Shown: in pieces, positions 1 through 9,720 of the stretch
How positions within the stretch are numbered: position 1 is the stretch's first letter
Layout of the letters: every line of letters starts with the position of its first letter
Program-made: the position numbers and the translations under genes
NCBI GenBank assembly: GCA_024654505.1
Contig: JANLHN010000003.1
Coordinates: 4,314-68,313 of the forward strand
Direction of reading: 5' to 3'
DNA: 64,000 bases
Origin: Nanobdellota archaeon
Lineage (GTDB): Archaea > Nanobdellota > Nanobdellia > Pacearchaeales > GW2011-AR1
The notes under the pieces: generated by a model
Told to the model about the DNA's origin: nothing
The model's input: only the letters and a program-made list of their open reading frames with translations
Databases searched by the model: none

Positions 1-1
1 A

Positions 2-1351
2 CTTGCTCCAAAGAGAGAGGATTCTCATGGAGAAGTTGAGAGGAGAGTTGTTTCACAATTACTAACTATGATGGATGGTTTGCAGTCTCGGGGAAGAGTT
101 GTTGTTATTGGTGCAACGAACAGACCTAACTCCCTTGACCCTGCATTAAGGCGACCTGGAAGATTTGACAGAGAAGTTGAGATTTCTGTTCCAGATAAAG
201 CTGGAAGATTACAAATTTTGAAGATTCATACTCGTGGGATGCCATTGACTAAAGATGTTGATTTGGATATGTTAGCTTCTAAAACACATGGTTTTGTTGG
301 TGCAGATATTAATTCTTTGGCTAAAGAAGCAGCGATGAATGTTCTTAGGAAAAATATCCATAAGTTTAATTTAGAAGATGAGGAAGAAGTCCCCCAAAGT
401 ATTCTAAATGAGTTGAAAGTTTCTGGTGTAGATTTTCAAGAGGCGTTAAAGACAGTTAGGCCTTCTGCTATGAGAGAAGTTTTGGTCGAGACTCCAAATG
501 TTGGATGGGATGATGTTGGTGGAGTTGATGATGTTAAAAGGGATTTGAGAGAAGCAATTGAATGGCCTTTGAAATTTCCTGAATCATTTACAAGAATGGG
601 AATCAAGCCTCCAAAAGGAGTTTTACTTTATGGACCTCCTGGAACAGGGAAGACCTTGTTAGCGAAGGCGGTTGCTAAAGAATCTGAGGCTAACTTTATT
701 CAAGTAAAGGGGCCTTCGCTGTTGTCTATGTGGGTTGGAAAATCTGAAGAAGGAGTTAGAAAGATTTTTGAGAGAGCCAGACAAGTTTCACCATGTATTA
801 TTTTCTTTGATGAAATTGATTCTTTAGCTGGAAAGCGAGGACAAGGATTTGGTGGCGGAGCAAAGGTAACGGAGAATGTTTTGAATCAATTACTTTCTGA
901 GATGGATGGTATTGAAGATTTGGCTAATGTGATTGTTATTGGTGCGACAAATAGGCCTGATATGTTAGATTCTGCATTGATGAGGCCTGGAAGATTTGAT
1001 AGGATTGTTTATGTTAATGTTCCTGATGAGGCTGGCAGATTAAAGATTTTACAAATTCATACAAAGAATATGCCTTTAGATAAGTCTGTTGATTTAGGGA
1101 TAATTGCAGCAGATACTGATGGGTATACTGGTGCAGATATAGAAGCATTAGTTAGAGAAGCCGCAATGCTTTCTCTCCGAGATGATATTAATTCAAAGAT
1201 TGTAACAAAGAAATATTTTGATAAGGCAATGGATAAAGTTCTACCTTCGGTTTCAAAGAACGATCAAGAGAGATACAAACAAGTTGAAGCAAAGTATCTT
1301 AGGTCGGCGAAGGCAGCTTTAGCAGAGAGTAGTGCGAAATATGCTGGGTAG
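2..1351 (+). CDS. cdc48: Cdc48/VCP-like AAA+ ATPase, 5' partial; D1 C-terminal part and D2 domain
   Basis: The open frame runs to the window edge, and the upstream residues [24 protein letters not shown] match the Cdc48 D1 second region of homology. The D2 Walker [16 protein letters not shown] and a second SRH are present. Confidence 0.85.
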   Translation, partial: LAPKREDSHGEVERRVVSQLLTMMDGLQSRGRVVVIGATNRPNSLDPALRRPGRFDREVEISVPDKAGRLQILKIHTRGMPLTKDVDLDMLASKTHGFVGADINSLAKEAAMNVLRKNIHKFNLEDEEEVPQSILNELKVSGVDFQEALKTVRPSAMREVLVETPNVGWDDVGGVDDVKRDLREAIEWPLKFPESFTRMGIKPPKGVLLYGPPGTGKTLLAKAVAKESEANFIQVKGPSLLSMWVGKSEEGVRKIFERARQVSPCIIFFDEIDSLAGKRGQGFGGGAKVTENVLNQLLSEMDGIEDLANVIVIGATNRPDMLDSALMRPGRFDRIVYVNVPDEAGRLKILQIHTKNMPLDKSVDLGIIAADTDGYTGADIEALVREAAMLSLRDDINSKIVTKKYFDKAMDKVLPSVSKNDQERYKQVEAKYLRSAKAALAESSAKYAG

Positions 1352-1389
1352 TTGGGAAGATTTTTATATCCTTAAATGGTGTTAATTTT

Positions 1390-2253
1390 ATGAAAGCAGT
1401 AAAGATTTATGAGGCCTTGGAAAGAGATTTCATAACTCCTGAGCTTAGTGATGATTGGAGTGGAGAGCATAAAACTGGGAACGTAAGAGAGTTTCTTACT
1501 GATAGGTATAAGGAAAGGTGGATGGGACTAGCCTGTGATTTTACTGAGGATGTTAAGAGGGTGTATACTGCTGTTTTTCCTTCTGATAAAGTTATGCAAG
1601 AAATTTTAGATGATGGCGCAGAAGATGCTATGTTGTTTGTTCATCATCCGGCAGTTTGGAATCCTGCGTTGCCTAAGCTTTGGCAGAATATGAATCCTGA
1701 ATTACTTAAGGAATTTAAGGCGAGAAGAATTTCTGTGTACAACTTACATGTGCCTTTAGATAATTATATGGAACAGGGTACTTCGTTTGCTTTAGCAAAG
1801 GCTTTGGGTATTACTCCTGTAAAATCTTTCTTGCCATATCATGGTGCAATGGCTGGGGTGATTGGTAAAACAAATATTCAAACAGTGAGAGAATTACAAA
1901 AGAAGTTTGCGGAAGCTGTTGGGCATGATGTTTCGTTATATAGCTATGGAGATGATGAAATAGTTGGAGGATTAGTGGGGATAGTGGCTGGAGGGGGCAA
2001 TGAAATTTTAACTCATCAAGAATTGTTTGGAGAAGGAGTAAATGTTTTTGTTACAGGAATATCTAAGCCAAAATCTACTTACTTACCCTCTGTAGAAGCT
2101 CATGATTTTGCTAGAGAACATAAAATCAACATTCTTGGAGGAACACATTATTCTACTGAGAAGTTTGCGTGTATTGCAATGTGTGATTATTTTGGAAAGC
2201 TCGGTTTAGAAGCAAAATTCTTAGATGATGCTCCCGCAATGGAAGATATGTAA
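1390..2253 (+). CDS. NIF3-family dinuclear metal centre protein (DUF34)
   Basis: Metal-ligand motifs FVHHP and YNLHVPLDNY resemble NIF3 VHHG/HLPLDAH. A C-terminal GGTHYSTEKF motif is also present. Confidence 0.55.
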   Translation: MKAVKIYEALERDFITPELSDDWSGEHKTGNVREFLTDRYKERWMGLACDFTEDVKRVYTAVFPSDKVMQEILDDGAEDAMLFVHHPAVWNPALPKLWQNMNPELLKEFKARRISVYNLHVPLDNYMEQGTSFALAKALGITPVKSFLPYHGAMAGVIGKTNIQTVRELQKKFAEAVGHDVSLYSYGDDEIVGGLVGIVAGGGNEILTHQELFGEGVNVFVTGISKPKSTYLPSVEAHDFAREHKINILGGTHYSTEKFACIAMCDYFGKLGLEAKFLDDAPAMEDM

Positions 2254-2291
2254 TTGGAAGTGTTTTTAAAATCAGTTTATCTTGTTCTGTA

Positions 2292-3152
2292 ATGAAAAGA
2301 GGATTGGCTTTTATAGGGCTATTTATAGTTGTCTTTTTATCATTGGTTGTTAGCGCAGAGAGCAGAGAAATATCTCAATTTTCTACTTATTATAATGATA
2401 ACATCGCGGGAACGTCTTCTGTTGATAGGATATTTGGAAATCAAAGAATAGATGTTTATCTTGATGAAGAATTGTCTTATCATTTGATTACTTCAGAAGG
2501 AAAGATTATTGAAGAGGGAAATGGTGGAGTCGAGAAGCCATCACTTAATATTTATGTTGGTAGCGGTGTTCTTAATGAGTTAATGGAAGGTACTTTAGAT
2601 TTTCAAGAGGCATTGGCCACTGGAGGGATTGAGTATAGGGGTGTTGGTTTCATTTCTAATATCAAGTTTAGAATTCTCCATTTTTTCCAAAACCTATTTG
2701 TTAAACCAAAGGCTCCTAAAAATGAGATTAATGATTTGGGTTCAGAGTGTGGGAATAATAAATGTGAGGCTGGAGAGAATCCAAAGAATTGTTATAATGA
2801 TTGTTGTGGAACTTGTGGAGATGGAAAATGTAAGGGATATAGTTGTGGTGAAGACAATCCTTTAAGTGAGAAGTATTGTCCCAAACAAACGGGTGGAGAT
2901 TGCGGGAACATTTGTGGCGATGGAACCTGTGATAAGGGAGAAAATCCCCAAGAATGTCCTGCAGACTGTGATTGGATAAAGTGTGGCGATGGAATATGCT
3001 CTCCTGGAGAAGATGATTCGTTAAGTGATAAGTATTGTCCTAAACAAACGGGTGGAGATTGTGGAAACATCTGTGGCGATGGAACCTGTGATAATGGAGA
3101 GAACTTTAGGGAATGTCCTGGAGATTGTAAGATTGTAATGGGGTTTGATTGA
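2292..3152 (+). CDS. secreted Cys-rich repeat protein; N-terminal signal/TM followed by tandem CGDGTCDxGEN..ECPxDC repeats
   Basis: Hydrophobic N-terminus. Three or more near-identical ~40-aa Cys-rich repeats (KYCPKQTGGDCGNICGDGTCD). Confidence 0.6.
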   Translation: MKRGLAFIGLFIVVFLSLVVSAESREISQFSTYYNDNIAGTSSVDRIFGNQRIDVYLDEELSYHLITSEGKIIEEGNGGVEKPSLNIYVGSGVLNELMEGTLDFQEALATGGIEYRGVGFISNIKFRILHFFQNLFVKPKAPKNEINDLGSECGNNKCEAGENPKNCYNDCCGTCGDGKCKGYSCGEDNPLSEKYCPKQTGGDCGNICGDGTCDKGENPQECPADCDWIKCGDGICSPGEDDSLSDKYCPKQTGGDCGNICGDGTCDNGENFRECPGDCKIVMGFD

Positions 3153-3302
3153 AAAAACAAGTTTTTATAATCATTTAATTATGTTTTATTATGGTGATTA
3201 AAACCATTGTATTCGACATCGAGGGAGTGATGTCTATGGAAAATATGTGATTGTGTTTTTAACCACAATAATTCTTTTAAACCTATAATTGGTTTGTTTT
3301 TC

Positions 3303-3758
3303 ATGGCAGGAGATAGAGAAGTTAGCGATATTGAGAAATTGATGGCTAGATCAACAATTAATTTTCCTAGATCAATTGATCATAAAGAAGTTGGTGGCCT
3401 TTTAACTCATGTGGCCAGAGGAATTGGACCTGCTACAACAATTAATTATCGAGTTTCAAGTAATGAGAATATTGTTCCTGAAAGAAATAATTTGGGGAGT
3501 CTTACTGGGAAACATATTTCTGACCCAGGATCTGCAACGACTAGTGGAAATATATCTACTTCCTATGGTGAAGGAAGTGGAGCTGAACTTGCTATAATAT
3601 CTTTTGATTTAAAGAGAGAACATAGAACAGATATTAGAGGATATGATTCAATGAAATTCTTTACAACACCTGGTTATTCTTTAGAAGAACTTAATCCTAC
3701 TGAGTTGAGGTTGATGGATAATGTCCGAGCCCAAGTTAGAGGGTGGTTTGGTGTTTAA
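3303..3758 (+). CDS. hypothetical protein (ATG start; leaderless behind a conserved promoter)
   Basis: The ORF has a conserved CACAATAATTCTTTTAAACC promoter 38 nt upstream of the ATG. The same module precedes the genes at 15293 and 62180. Confidence 0.5.
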   Translation: MAGDREVSDIEKLMARSTINFPRSIDHKEVGGLLTHVARGIGPATTINYRVSSNENIVPERNNLGSLTGKHISDPGSATTSGNISTSYGEGSGAELAIISFDLKREHRTDIRGYDSMKFFTTPGYSLEELNPTELRLMDNVRAQVRGWFGV

Positions 3759-3828
3759 GGTTAGATTATTTTTTCTTCGGCCCGGTATTCTTTCTAGAAA
3801 AGATTGAGTTTTAGAACTAAAACCAAAG

Positions 3829-4707
3829 TTATTTAGTCAATATAACTACTAAATCTTCCCTATCTTCTTTACCTGGGACAATACATGGAAATTTTCTTTC
3901 TTCATAAGCCATTTCTAAAGTTTCAAAACTTGTTCTTCTTTTTGCAGGGTCATCTACAGGACCCTTATATCTTGGGGTTTTTTCTCCCATCGGGCTTGCA
4001 TCATAAACATAGGCGCCACAAATAACCCCTCCCTGGCTTAAATGATCTCTTATTGGAGAGACTATTTTCCTACAGAATCTTTCTAGATGATTAGGACTAT
4101 GGGGAAACATACTTTGAGTATAATCGGCTAGATTTGAGAGCATGACTACCCCAAATTCTTCATCTAATTTAGATGCTAAGTCTTTGGCAGATGAGTTGAT
4201 TAATTTAACCTCCGATTTTACTCTTGCTCTAACTGCTTCATATTGTTCTTCTGAATGTAAATAAGGATTACTTCGAATTCTTAATTTATCAATATCAAAT
4301 CTTTTATTAAATAACTTTGATCTTCGAACTTCTTCCCCATCCATTTCATTGATTCTGTAGACTCCATCAAAAAATCTAACGCAACCAAGAGATAATTCGT
4401 TTCTTATGGAAGAGTAAACCTTAAAATCCATTGTTCCTCCATCGCCTAGTAAAAAGAATCTTTTGAACTGCTCAAAATCTAACCTTTTTAATGCTTTAAT
4501 TTTAAGTTCTGCAAAGAAAGTAGCAAGAGTATTTATGTCAAAACAAACAACATCTTCTGCTCCAAATAAAAAAGAATTTATCATATGGTCTGCAGAACCT
4601 GTGACTGTTAGAACTTTCTTTCCTTCTAAATTTAAATTAGGCATGTATCCTGCAAGATTTTCTGTAGTAAATGGATAAACTTTTGACCTAGTTTCAAATG
4701 TAGGCAT
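3829..4707 (-). CDS. putative SAM-dependent methyltransferase-like protein (DUF3419/BtaA-like)
   Basis: Its N-terminal region, with GSADHM after a glycine-rich stretch, resembles class I methyltransferase-like DUF3419. It is the last gene of the radical-SAM operon. Confidence 0.35.
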   Translation of the reverse strand: MPTFETRSKVYPFTTENLAGYMPNLNLEGKKVLTVTGSADHMINSFLFGAEDVVCFDINTLATFFAELKIKALKRLDFEQFKRFFLLGDGGTMDFKVYSSIRNELSLGCVRFFDGVYRINEMDGEEVRRSKLFNKRFDIDKLRIRSNPYLHSEEQYEAVRARVKSEVKLINSSAKDLASKLDEEFGVVMLSNLADYTQSMFPHSPNHLERFCRKIVSPIRDHLSQGGVICGAYVYDASPMGEKTPRYKGPVDDPAKRRTSFETLEMAYEERKFPCIVPGKEDREDLVVILTK

Positions 4708-4729
4708 CTTATTGAGTTTTAATAAAAGA

Positions 4730-5467
4730 TTATTTAGAACTTTGAATAATATCTAATAATCTACTTTTAATCCTCCTTTTTACTTCTGTTGGACCTTTTC
4801 TTTTACTAAGTATTAAATATAATTCTGCTGCTCTTGCTATTAGCCATGTATTTGTGTCTTCTCCAAGAAGAGAATAATCAAAATCAATATTTGTTCTATA
4901 AATTCTTTCTATCTCCTTCCTTCTATCTGGGTTAGAGATTATCATTGAGGCAACATCTCTCCCAGGATGTCCCAGTCCACTTAACTCAAAATCAAAATAA
5001 TAATTTTGCCCCTGAAATGTGACCATATTTTTGTCCTGTAAGTCTCCATGAAGAATTGTTGTTAATTCCATTTCTACTTTTAAGTCAGATAGTGCTTTTT
5101 CAACAAGAGCCCCAAGTTCACCGAAGGCATCCTTATTTTCAAGAATAAATGAGGCAACAGCCTGTATGTTATGGGGGAATAACAATCGATTATTAGGAAG
5201 GGGATTTTTTATAAAATATGAATGGACTCTTGCCCATTCTGCGGCTGTTTGAAGAATGTCTTTTTTTTCAGTTTCTATAAAATGTGTTTTGAGACAAAGC
5301 CCTTCAACCCCATAAACTTTTGGCGTTCTAACTAATCCTGTTTTTTGGAACAAATCATAAAAGAATAATTCTCTTCTTAGGAAAATTGGCTTTTGGTGTC
5401 TTTTAGATACAATTTTTTGTCCTTCAACTTCGTAAACCTCTGAAAAATTCCGATTAAAATCTTCCAT
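4730..5467 (-). CDS. aminoglycoside/choline-kinase-like phosphotransferase (APH family)
   Basis: Catalytic HGDLQDKN motif (the APH HGD..N motif) and a downstream D-[FY] region. There is a 2-nt gap to the upstream methyltransferase. Confidence 0.6.
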   Translation of the reverse strand: MEDFNRNFSEVYEVEGQKIVSKRHQKPIFLRRELFFYDLFQKTGLVRTPKVYGVEGLCLKTHFIETEKKDILQTAAEWARVHSYFIKNPLPNNRLLFPHNIQAVASFILENKDAFGELGALVEKALSDLKVEMELTTILHGDLQDKNMVTFQGQNYYFDFELSGLGHPGRDVASMIISNPDRRKEIERIYRTNIDFDYSLLGEDTNTWLIARAAELYLILSKRKGPTEVKRRIKSRLLDIIQSSK

Positions 5468-5468
5468 G

Positions 5469-5972
5469 TTAAACCTTTTTGGCCAGAAATAAAATCATTT
5501 TATGTCGATGTGGGGGTTTACCATGTTCTTTGGAAAGCACAGAGGTATTGTAAATGATTTCCCAATCAGGGTATAATTTATTTAATACCTCTTCATCTGG
5601 ATAAAAATAAATCTCGTTTTCTGGATTCTCTTCATTAGACATACAAATTAGAAAGTGGAAGCCTTCTCTAATAGTGTTTTTTTGCATTTTTTTTATTAAT
5701 TGTTTAGCTTCTTCTTCTTTTAACAAATGTAAAATCCCCGTCCCAACAATTAAATCGTATTTCGGCTCGAATTTAAAGTCTAATATGTCTTGTTGGATGA
5801 ATGTGAAATTCTCTGATGATTGGGTTGTGGGTTTTCTATCAATTCCTATTACATTTATTCCCAAGTCAATAAATTTTTGAGAAAATTTACATTTACCACA
5901 GCCGATATCCAAAACAGATGTAGGGTTTAATTTTTGCATAATCTCCACAATTATAGGTTTAGCTGGTTGCAT
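5469..5972 (-). CDS. class I SAM-dependent methyltransferase
   Basis: Motif I VLDIGCGKCKF and motif II IDRKP. Overlaps the radical-SAM gene by 14 nt. Confidence 0.7.
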   Translation of the reverse strand: MQPAKPIIVEIMQKLNPTSVLDIGCGKCKFSQKFIDLGINVIGIDRKPTTQSSENFTFIQQDILDFKFEPKYDLIVGTGILHLLKEEEAKQLIKKMQKNTIREGFHFLICMSNEENPENEIYFYPDEEVLNKLYPDWEIIYNTSVLSKEHGKPPHRHKMILFLAKKV

Positions 5973-7050
5973 CTTTTGTATACCTGTCCTTGAGGTCTCC
6001 TGGTTTAACTAGGTTTCTAAAACACATAGGGTCTTTATTCATAAAATCTCCTGTTGTTGCATATGCTATTGCTCTACATCCCTTACAGTGAGAAACATAT
6101 TCACAACCAAATTCTTTTTTTAAACGCTCCAAATCTCTTAAATCTTTCATGACTTTCTTTTCTGTGATAAGCCTAACTAGTCCTTCACTAATATGCCCTA
6201 TCTCTATTGGGAGTCTTCTACATGGATAAACTACTCCATTAGAAAGAACTGCAACTCCTGAAAATCCTGCACCACAACCCCCTAAATATTTTCCTTTTTC
6301 TCTAGAAGCCTCTTTTAAAGGGTCATCACAATGCATTAAGTGCCATAAGACTTCTGTTTCGAGGAGAGATATTTTATCTCCATATCTTTCTTCTAATTCT
6401 CTTTGGACCTTATAAATATCATACATCCCTTTTGCATCAATAAATTCGGGGTCATTAACTCCCAGCTCTCTTGTTGGAACATAGGACTGAATTCCAAATA
6501 TATCTGCTCCAGCCTCTATAGAATCTTTTATGGCCTGCTCAATATGGTCTTTGTTTGATTGCATGGCTGTAAAAGAGACTGTAACTCCTATATCTTCTGC
6601 CCGACAATTAGCAATACCTTGCATAGCCCTATCAAAGGCATAGGGTCTTTGTCTTACATCATTATGCCTTTCTCTGTCTCCATCAACTGAAATTTGTAAT
6701 CTTTTTATTCCTCTTTCTTTCAATGCTCTTGCTTTTTCAGGTGTTATTAGGGTTCCATTAGTAAGAATTTTTGTGGCTACACCCCTTTGTTGAGTATACT
6801 CTAAGATTTTAAATAAATCCCTTCGCTTTAGAGGTTCTCCACCAGAAATGTGAAACCTTGGGTCCATACCCCATCTTTGAGATGTATCTACAAGATCATC
6901 AACCATGTCTTCTACTTCGGAGAGACTCATTAAGTCAGAGTCTTCTTGTCTATGGGCTTTTTCACCCTTTTCATTATGGTAACAATGGCGACACCTAAGA
7001 TTACAATCATTTGTCGAATCCCATTGAATGAACAGTTGCTTTTTTGTCAT
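5959..7050 (-). CDS. radical SAM enzyme with C-terminal SPASM domain (peptide-maturase type)
   Basis: CNLRCRHC CxxxCxxC cluster at the N-terminus. The SPASM signature GGCGAGF..YPCRR..C..CKGCR..PMC is present. Confidence 0.8.
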   Translation of the reverse strand: MTKKQLFIQWDSTNDCNLRCRHCYHNEKGEKAHRQEDSDLMSLSEVEDMVDDLVDTSQRWGMDPRFHISGGEPLKRRDLFKILEYTQQRGVATKILTNGTLITPEKARALKERGIKRLQISVDGDRERHNDVRQRPYAFDRAMQGIANCRAEDIGVTVSFTAMQSNKDHIEQAIKDSIEAGADIFGIQSYVPTRELGVNDPEFIDAKGMYDIYKVQRELEERYGDKISLLETEVLWHLMHCDDPLKEASREKGKYLGGCGAGFSGVAVLSNGVVYPCRRLPIEIGHISEGLVRLITEKKVMKDLRDLERLKKEFGCEYVSHCKGCRAIAYATTGDFMNKDPMCFRNLVKPGDLKDRYTKDATS

Positions 7051-7102
7051 TTGAATACCTTTCTATCTAAAACAACCTCTTAAATAGGCCCTAATTAAAA
7101 TT

Positions 7103-7285
7103 CTATTTTTCTTTTGAAGCGTAGCGATCGTTGCCATCGCAACTGACACAATTACTGCACCCCGAAACACAGGTATATCCTTCCTGTCTTACTTCGGGCA
7201 TCATGCTAGAGAGATATGCTTCTTCTCCGGCAGTCATTACACTAGGGGCCTCTTCAGCTAAAGCTTCTAAAACCGCATTTACCAT
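7103..7285 (-). CDS. putative RiPP precursor peptide (acidic helical leader plus Cys-rich core CVSGCSNCVSCDG)
   Basis: A 60-aa ORF lies 52 nt upstream of the rSAM/SPASM gene on the same strand. The leader is MVNAVLEALAEEAP.., and the C-terminal 25 aa carry four Cys. Confidence 0.5.
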   Translation of the reverse strand: MVNAVLEALAEEAPSVMTAGEEAYLSSMMPEVRQEGYTCVSGCSNCVSCDGNDRYASKEK

Positions 7286-7344
7286 ATTTTTAATTAGCGA
7301 TTGAGATATTTAAATGTTGCTAAATATAGGATATCTGAGACAAT

Positions 7345-7734
7345 TCACCTCTTCTTTGGTCCCGTATTCTTTCTAGAAAAGATTGTTAGTAGCTTATCAT
7401 CGATGTTGTCGGTGATTTTAGAGGGCCTTTTCTTTTGATTGACAACGCTTCTTCTCAAAATATCTTCGATTTGTTCGTTTAGGGTAAAGAGATTTTTGAC
7501 CGCCCTTTTTTCTAATGAATCTATGATTGATTTATCCAAGTAGGCGAATGTTTTGACTTTGTTACCCACATCTTTTTTTGTTATAATCTTTTTTGATTCT
7601 TTATTGAGTTCAGAGAAGACTTCTTTTATTGTTTTTTCTGTCCAATTATATTTGAGAAGTAGATTCTTTATCATTTGGTCGCTGTAACCTCTTCGCCTTG
7701 CTTCAAGAACATAGTTGAGGAGTTTTTGGTTCAT
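7345..7734 (-). CDS. hypothetical protein with possible ribbon-helix-helix-like C-terminal region
   Basis: ORF only. KTFAYLDKSIIDSLEKRAVKNL resembles a CopG-like RHH strand-helix. Confidence 0.3.
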   Translation of the reverse strand: MNQKLLNYVLEARRRGYSDQMIKNLLLKYNWTEKTIKEVFSELNKESKKIITKKDVGNKVKTFAYLDKSIIDSLEKRAVKNLFTLNEQIEDILRRSVVNQKKRPSKITDNIDDKLLTIFSRKNTGPKKR

Positions 7735-7848
7735 TTAAAGTCCTCTTTTGTTAATTTTGTCCATTGAAAAAATCATCCAGCGACCCTTTCGGATCACTGG
7801 GGGTCATGTTAATATTAAGAATGAGTCTATGTTTAAAAGTCTTTTGTT

Positions 7849-8142
7849 TTACTTCTTCTTACCAACATAGACCTTTTGGACTTGGAAGCTTTTGTAAATT
7901 CCTTCTAAAATGTCTGTGCCGGCGTATCCAGCTAATAAAGATAACCGATAATCAAAATTAAATACTAAACCTACAAAGACTCCGATGATTGCGGCGACTA
8001 GAACAGTTATACCATAATATCCCCAAAGAATTTTTCTCCGCAAGGATAATGCTTTGAGTAGTCCGACAATTCCCCTAGTTAGTCCACCGATACCGCCGAG
8101 GACTGCGGGTAAAACAAATTCATTTATAGTAGTTGGGTCCAT
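7849..8142 (-). CDS. small membrane protein (two TM)
   Basis: Hydrophobic segments in a 97-aa ORF. Confidence 0.4.
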   Translation of the reverse strand: MDPTTINEFVLPAVLGGIGGLTRGIVGLLKALSLRRKILWGYYGITVLVAAIIGVFVGLVFNFDYRLSLLAGYAGTDILEGIYKSFQVQKVYVGKKK

Positions 8143-8248
8143 TTTATAAACTAGAAACCTCTGTCATTTATCCCCCCGAAGATGATGCGCCCATGTTTTA
8201 CTATCTTTACCTCTTTATGTTAGCAGGGTTGATGAATTATTTAAGGGT

Positions 8249-8270
8249 TGTGGTTTTGTTCAAAACCACA
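8249..8270 (-). terminator. perfect 9-bp hairpin TGTGGTTTT-gttc-AAAACCACA downstream of the Cas4-like/Doc operon
   Basis: Inverted repeat read directly; it lies 67 nt after the Doc stop. Confidence 0.35.
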
Positions 8271-8336
8271 AAGGGGGATGTGGGAGATGTTTTGGGAAGA
8301 AAGTCTGAATAAGGACCTGCTTTTTACACAGAAATT

Positions 8337-8792
8337 TTAATCAAGCTTTTTTAATAACTCCTTATCTTTATCTATATTCTCTTTTGTTATCCTATTAAAT
8401 TCGGGATGTTCATCTGTAAGTCTTGAATGTGAAGAGAGCCAATTTGTAACTGTTTTTACATCTGTTTTTCCTTGAGCAACACTTCCAGTAACAAAATTAA
8501 TTATCCCTGTCTCAGAGGCATCAATAACTATCGCCCCAGAAGCCATAATTCCTTTTGCTATCTCAAACGCAGTTCTTTTATTTCCATTTTCAAAAGGATG
8601 TCCTGCTCCTGCATAATAAAGAAAATTTCCTGCTTGTTTTATTGGGTCTATTTCGTTATTTACTGAATCTACTGCAAACTCTAAAGTTGACTTATTTATA
8701 ATTCCAAAATTCCCTCCACTAACAGATAAAATATGTTTGTTGTGATTAATTATTTCTTCTGTAGTTCTTTTAATATTTTTAAAATAAGTCAT
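8337..8792 (-). CDS. doc: Doc/Fic family toxin (death-on-curing-like)
   Basis: HPFENGNKRTA matches the Doc variant of the Fic motif, HxFx(D/N)GNKR. Confidence 0.75.
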   Translation of the reverse strand: MTYFKNIKRTTEEIINHNKHILSVSGGNFGIINKSTLEFAVDSVNNEIDPIKQAGNFLYYAGAGHPFENGNKRTAFEIAKGIMASGAIVIDASETGIINFVTGSVAQGKTDVKTVTNWLSSHSRLTDEHPEFNRITKENIDKDKELLKKLD

Positions 8793-9439
8793 CTCCCATC
8801 ACACCACCCGCAACTCTTCTTTGGACAATCTTCGTTCAACAGCTTCAAGGCATCCTTCCAGGCTTTTTCTGCCATTTTGGTGTCAACCCTCATCTTAACT
8901 AGTTCGGTATCAAAGATGACTTCGCCGGTTGTGGCGACTTCTTTTGGAACATAGAATAAAAGGAAGAAGAAGTCTTCTGTTTCATGGCCGATTTTTCTTA
9001 GGAGGAAGTTGTAGGTATTTTGTTGGAGTCTGTAATGTTCTGCAGTATCTTCTTTTAGGGCGTAGCCCCTTGTTTTGTAATCTAGGACGATTAGTTTTTT
9101 GCCTTTGACTAGGATATTATCTATTGCTCCATGAAGTTCGTTTCCGGCCTTGTCTGTGAATGAGATTCCCTTAAAGTTGCTTTGCCAGACTTTCATCTTT
9201 TCTTCATCATCAAATAGCTTCATGTTTGTGCAGTGTTGGTGTTCGCAGAGTTCTGGAGGTAGTTCTCCCTTGTCTCGGAATTTGTTAAAGTGGTGTTTTA
9301 AGATTTTGTCCATGCCCGAGGGAAGAGATGGGAAGGGGCCTGAAGGTCTTTTCCATACTTTGTGTTGTGTAAGCCAGAAACAGCGGGGGCAGTCTTTCAT
9401 GAGATTAATGGCGGAGGGGGAGAGCTTGTGTGTGGTCAT
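8789..9439 (-). CDS. Cas4-like PD-(D/E)xK nuclease with 4-Cys Fe-S cluster signature
   Basis: An N-terminal CPRCFWL Cys is paired with a C-terminal C..CGWC triad. IVLDYKT is the PD-(D/E)xK core. The ATGA 4-nt overlap with doc indicates translational coupling. Confidence 0.6.
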   Translation of the reverse strand: MTTHKLSPSAINLMKDCPRCFWLTQHKVWKRPSGPFPSLPSGMDKILKHHFNKFRDKGELPPELCEHQHCTNMKLFDDEEKMKVWQSNFKGISFTDKAGNELHGAIDNILVKGKKLIVLDYKTRGYALKEDTAEHYRLQQNTYNFLLRKIGHETEDFFFLLFYVPKEVATTGEVIFDTELVKMRVDTKMAEKAWKDALKLLNEDCPKKSCGWCDGR

Positions 9440-9720
9440 TTTTTCTTTAGTTTTATCTCTCCTTTTGTTGCTGTTGCTTCTAATTCATCACCTTCTTTAA
9501 AACCCGAGTCTTTCACTACATCTTTTGGGATTACCACCTCATATTTAGGATATTTCTTTCCCTTTTGAGTATAGTGTTTTTGTAGCTTCATCCCCTTTTT
9601 AAAAGGAAATATTATTTAAAGATATCGGCGCCGAAAGGTTTATAAAGTTTAGGCGCCTAAGTGTTCCATAATTAAAAAGAGTATACAAAACATTTTAAAT
9701 GAAAGAGGTTAGGGGTTGAT

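Noticed and set aside
2629-3160. ORFs 2629-2865 (+) and 2792-3160 (-) inside or antisense to the Cys-repeat gene
   Set aside because: Out-of-frame or antisense reading of a repetitive gene. The repeat makes the spurious frames long.
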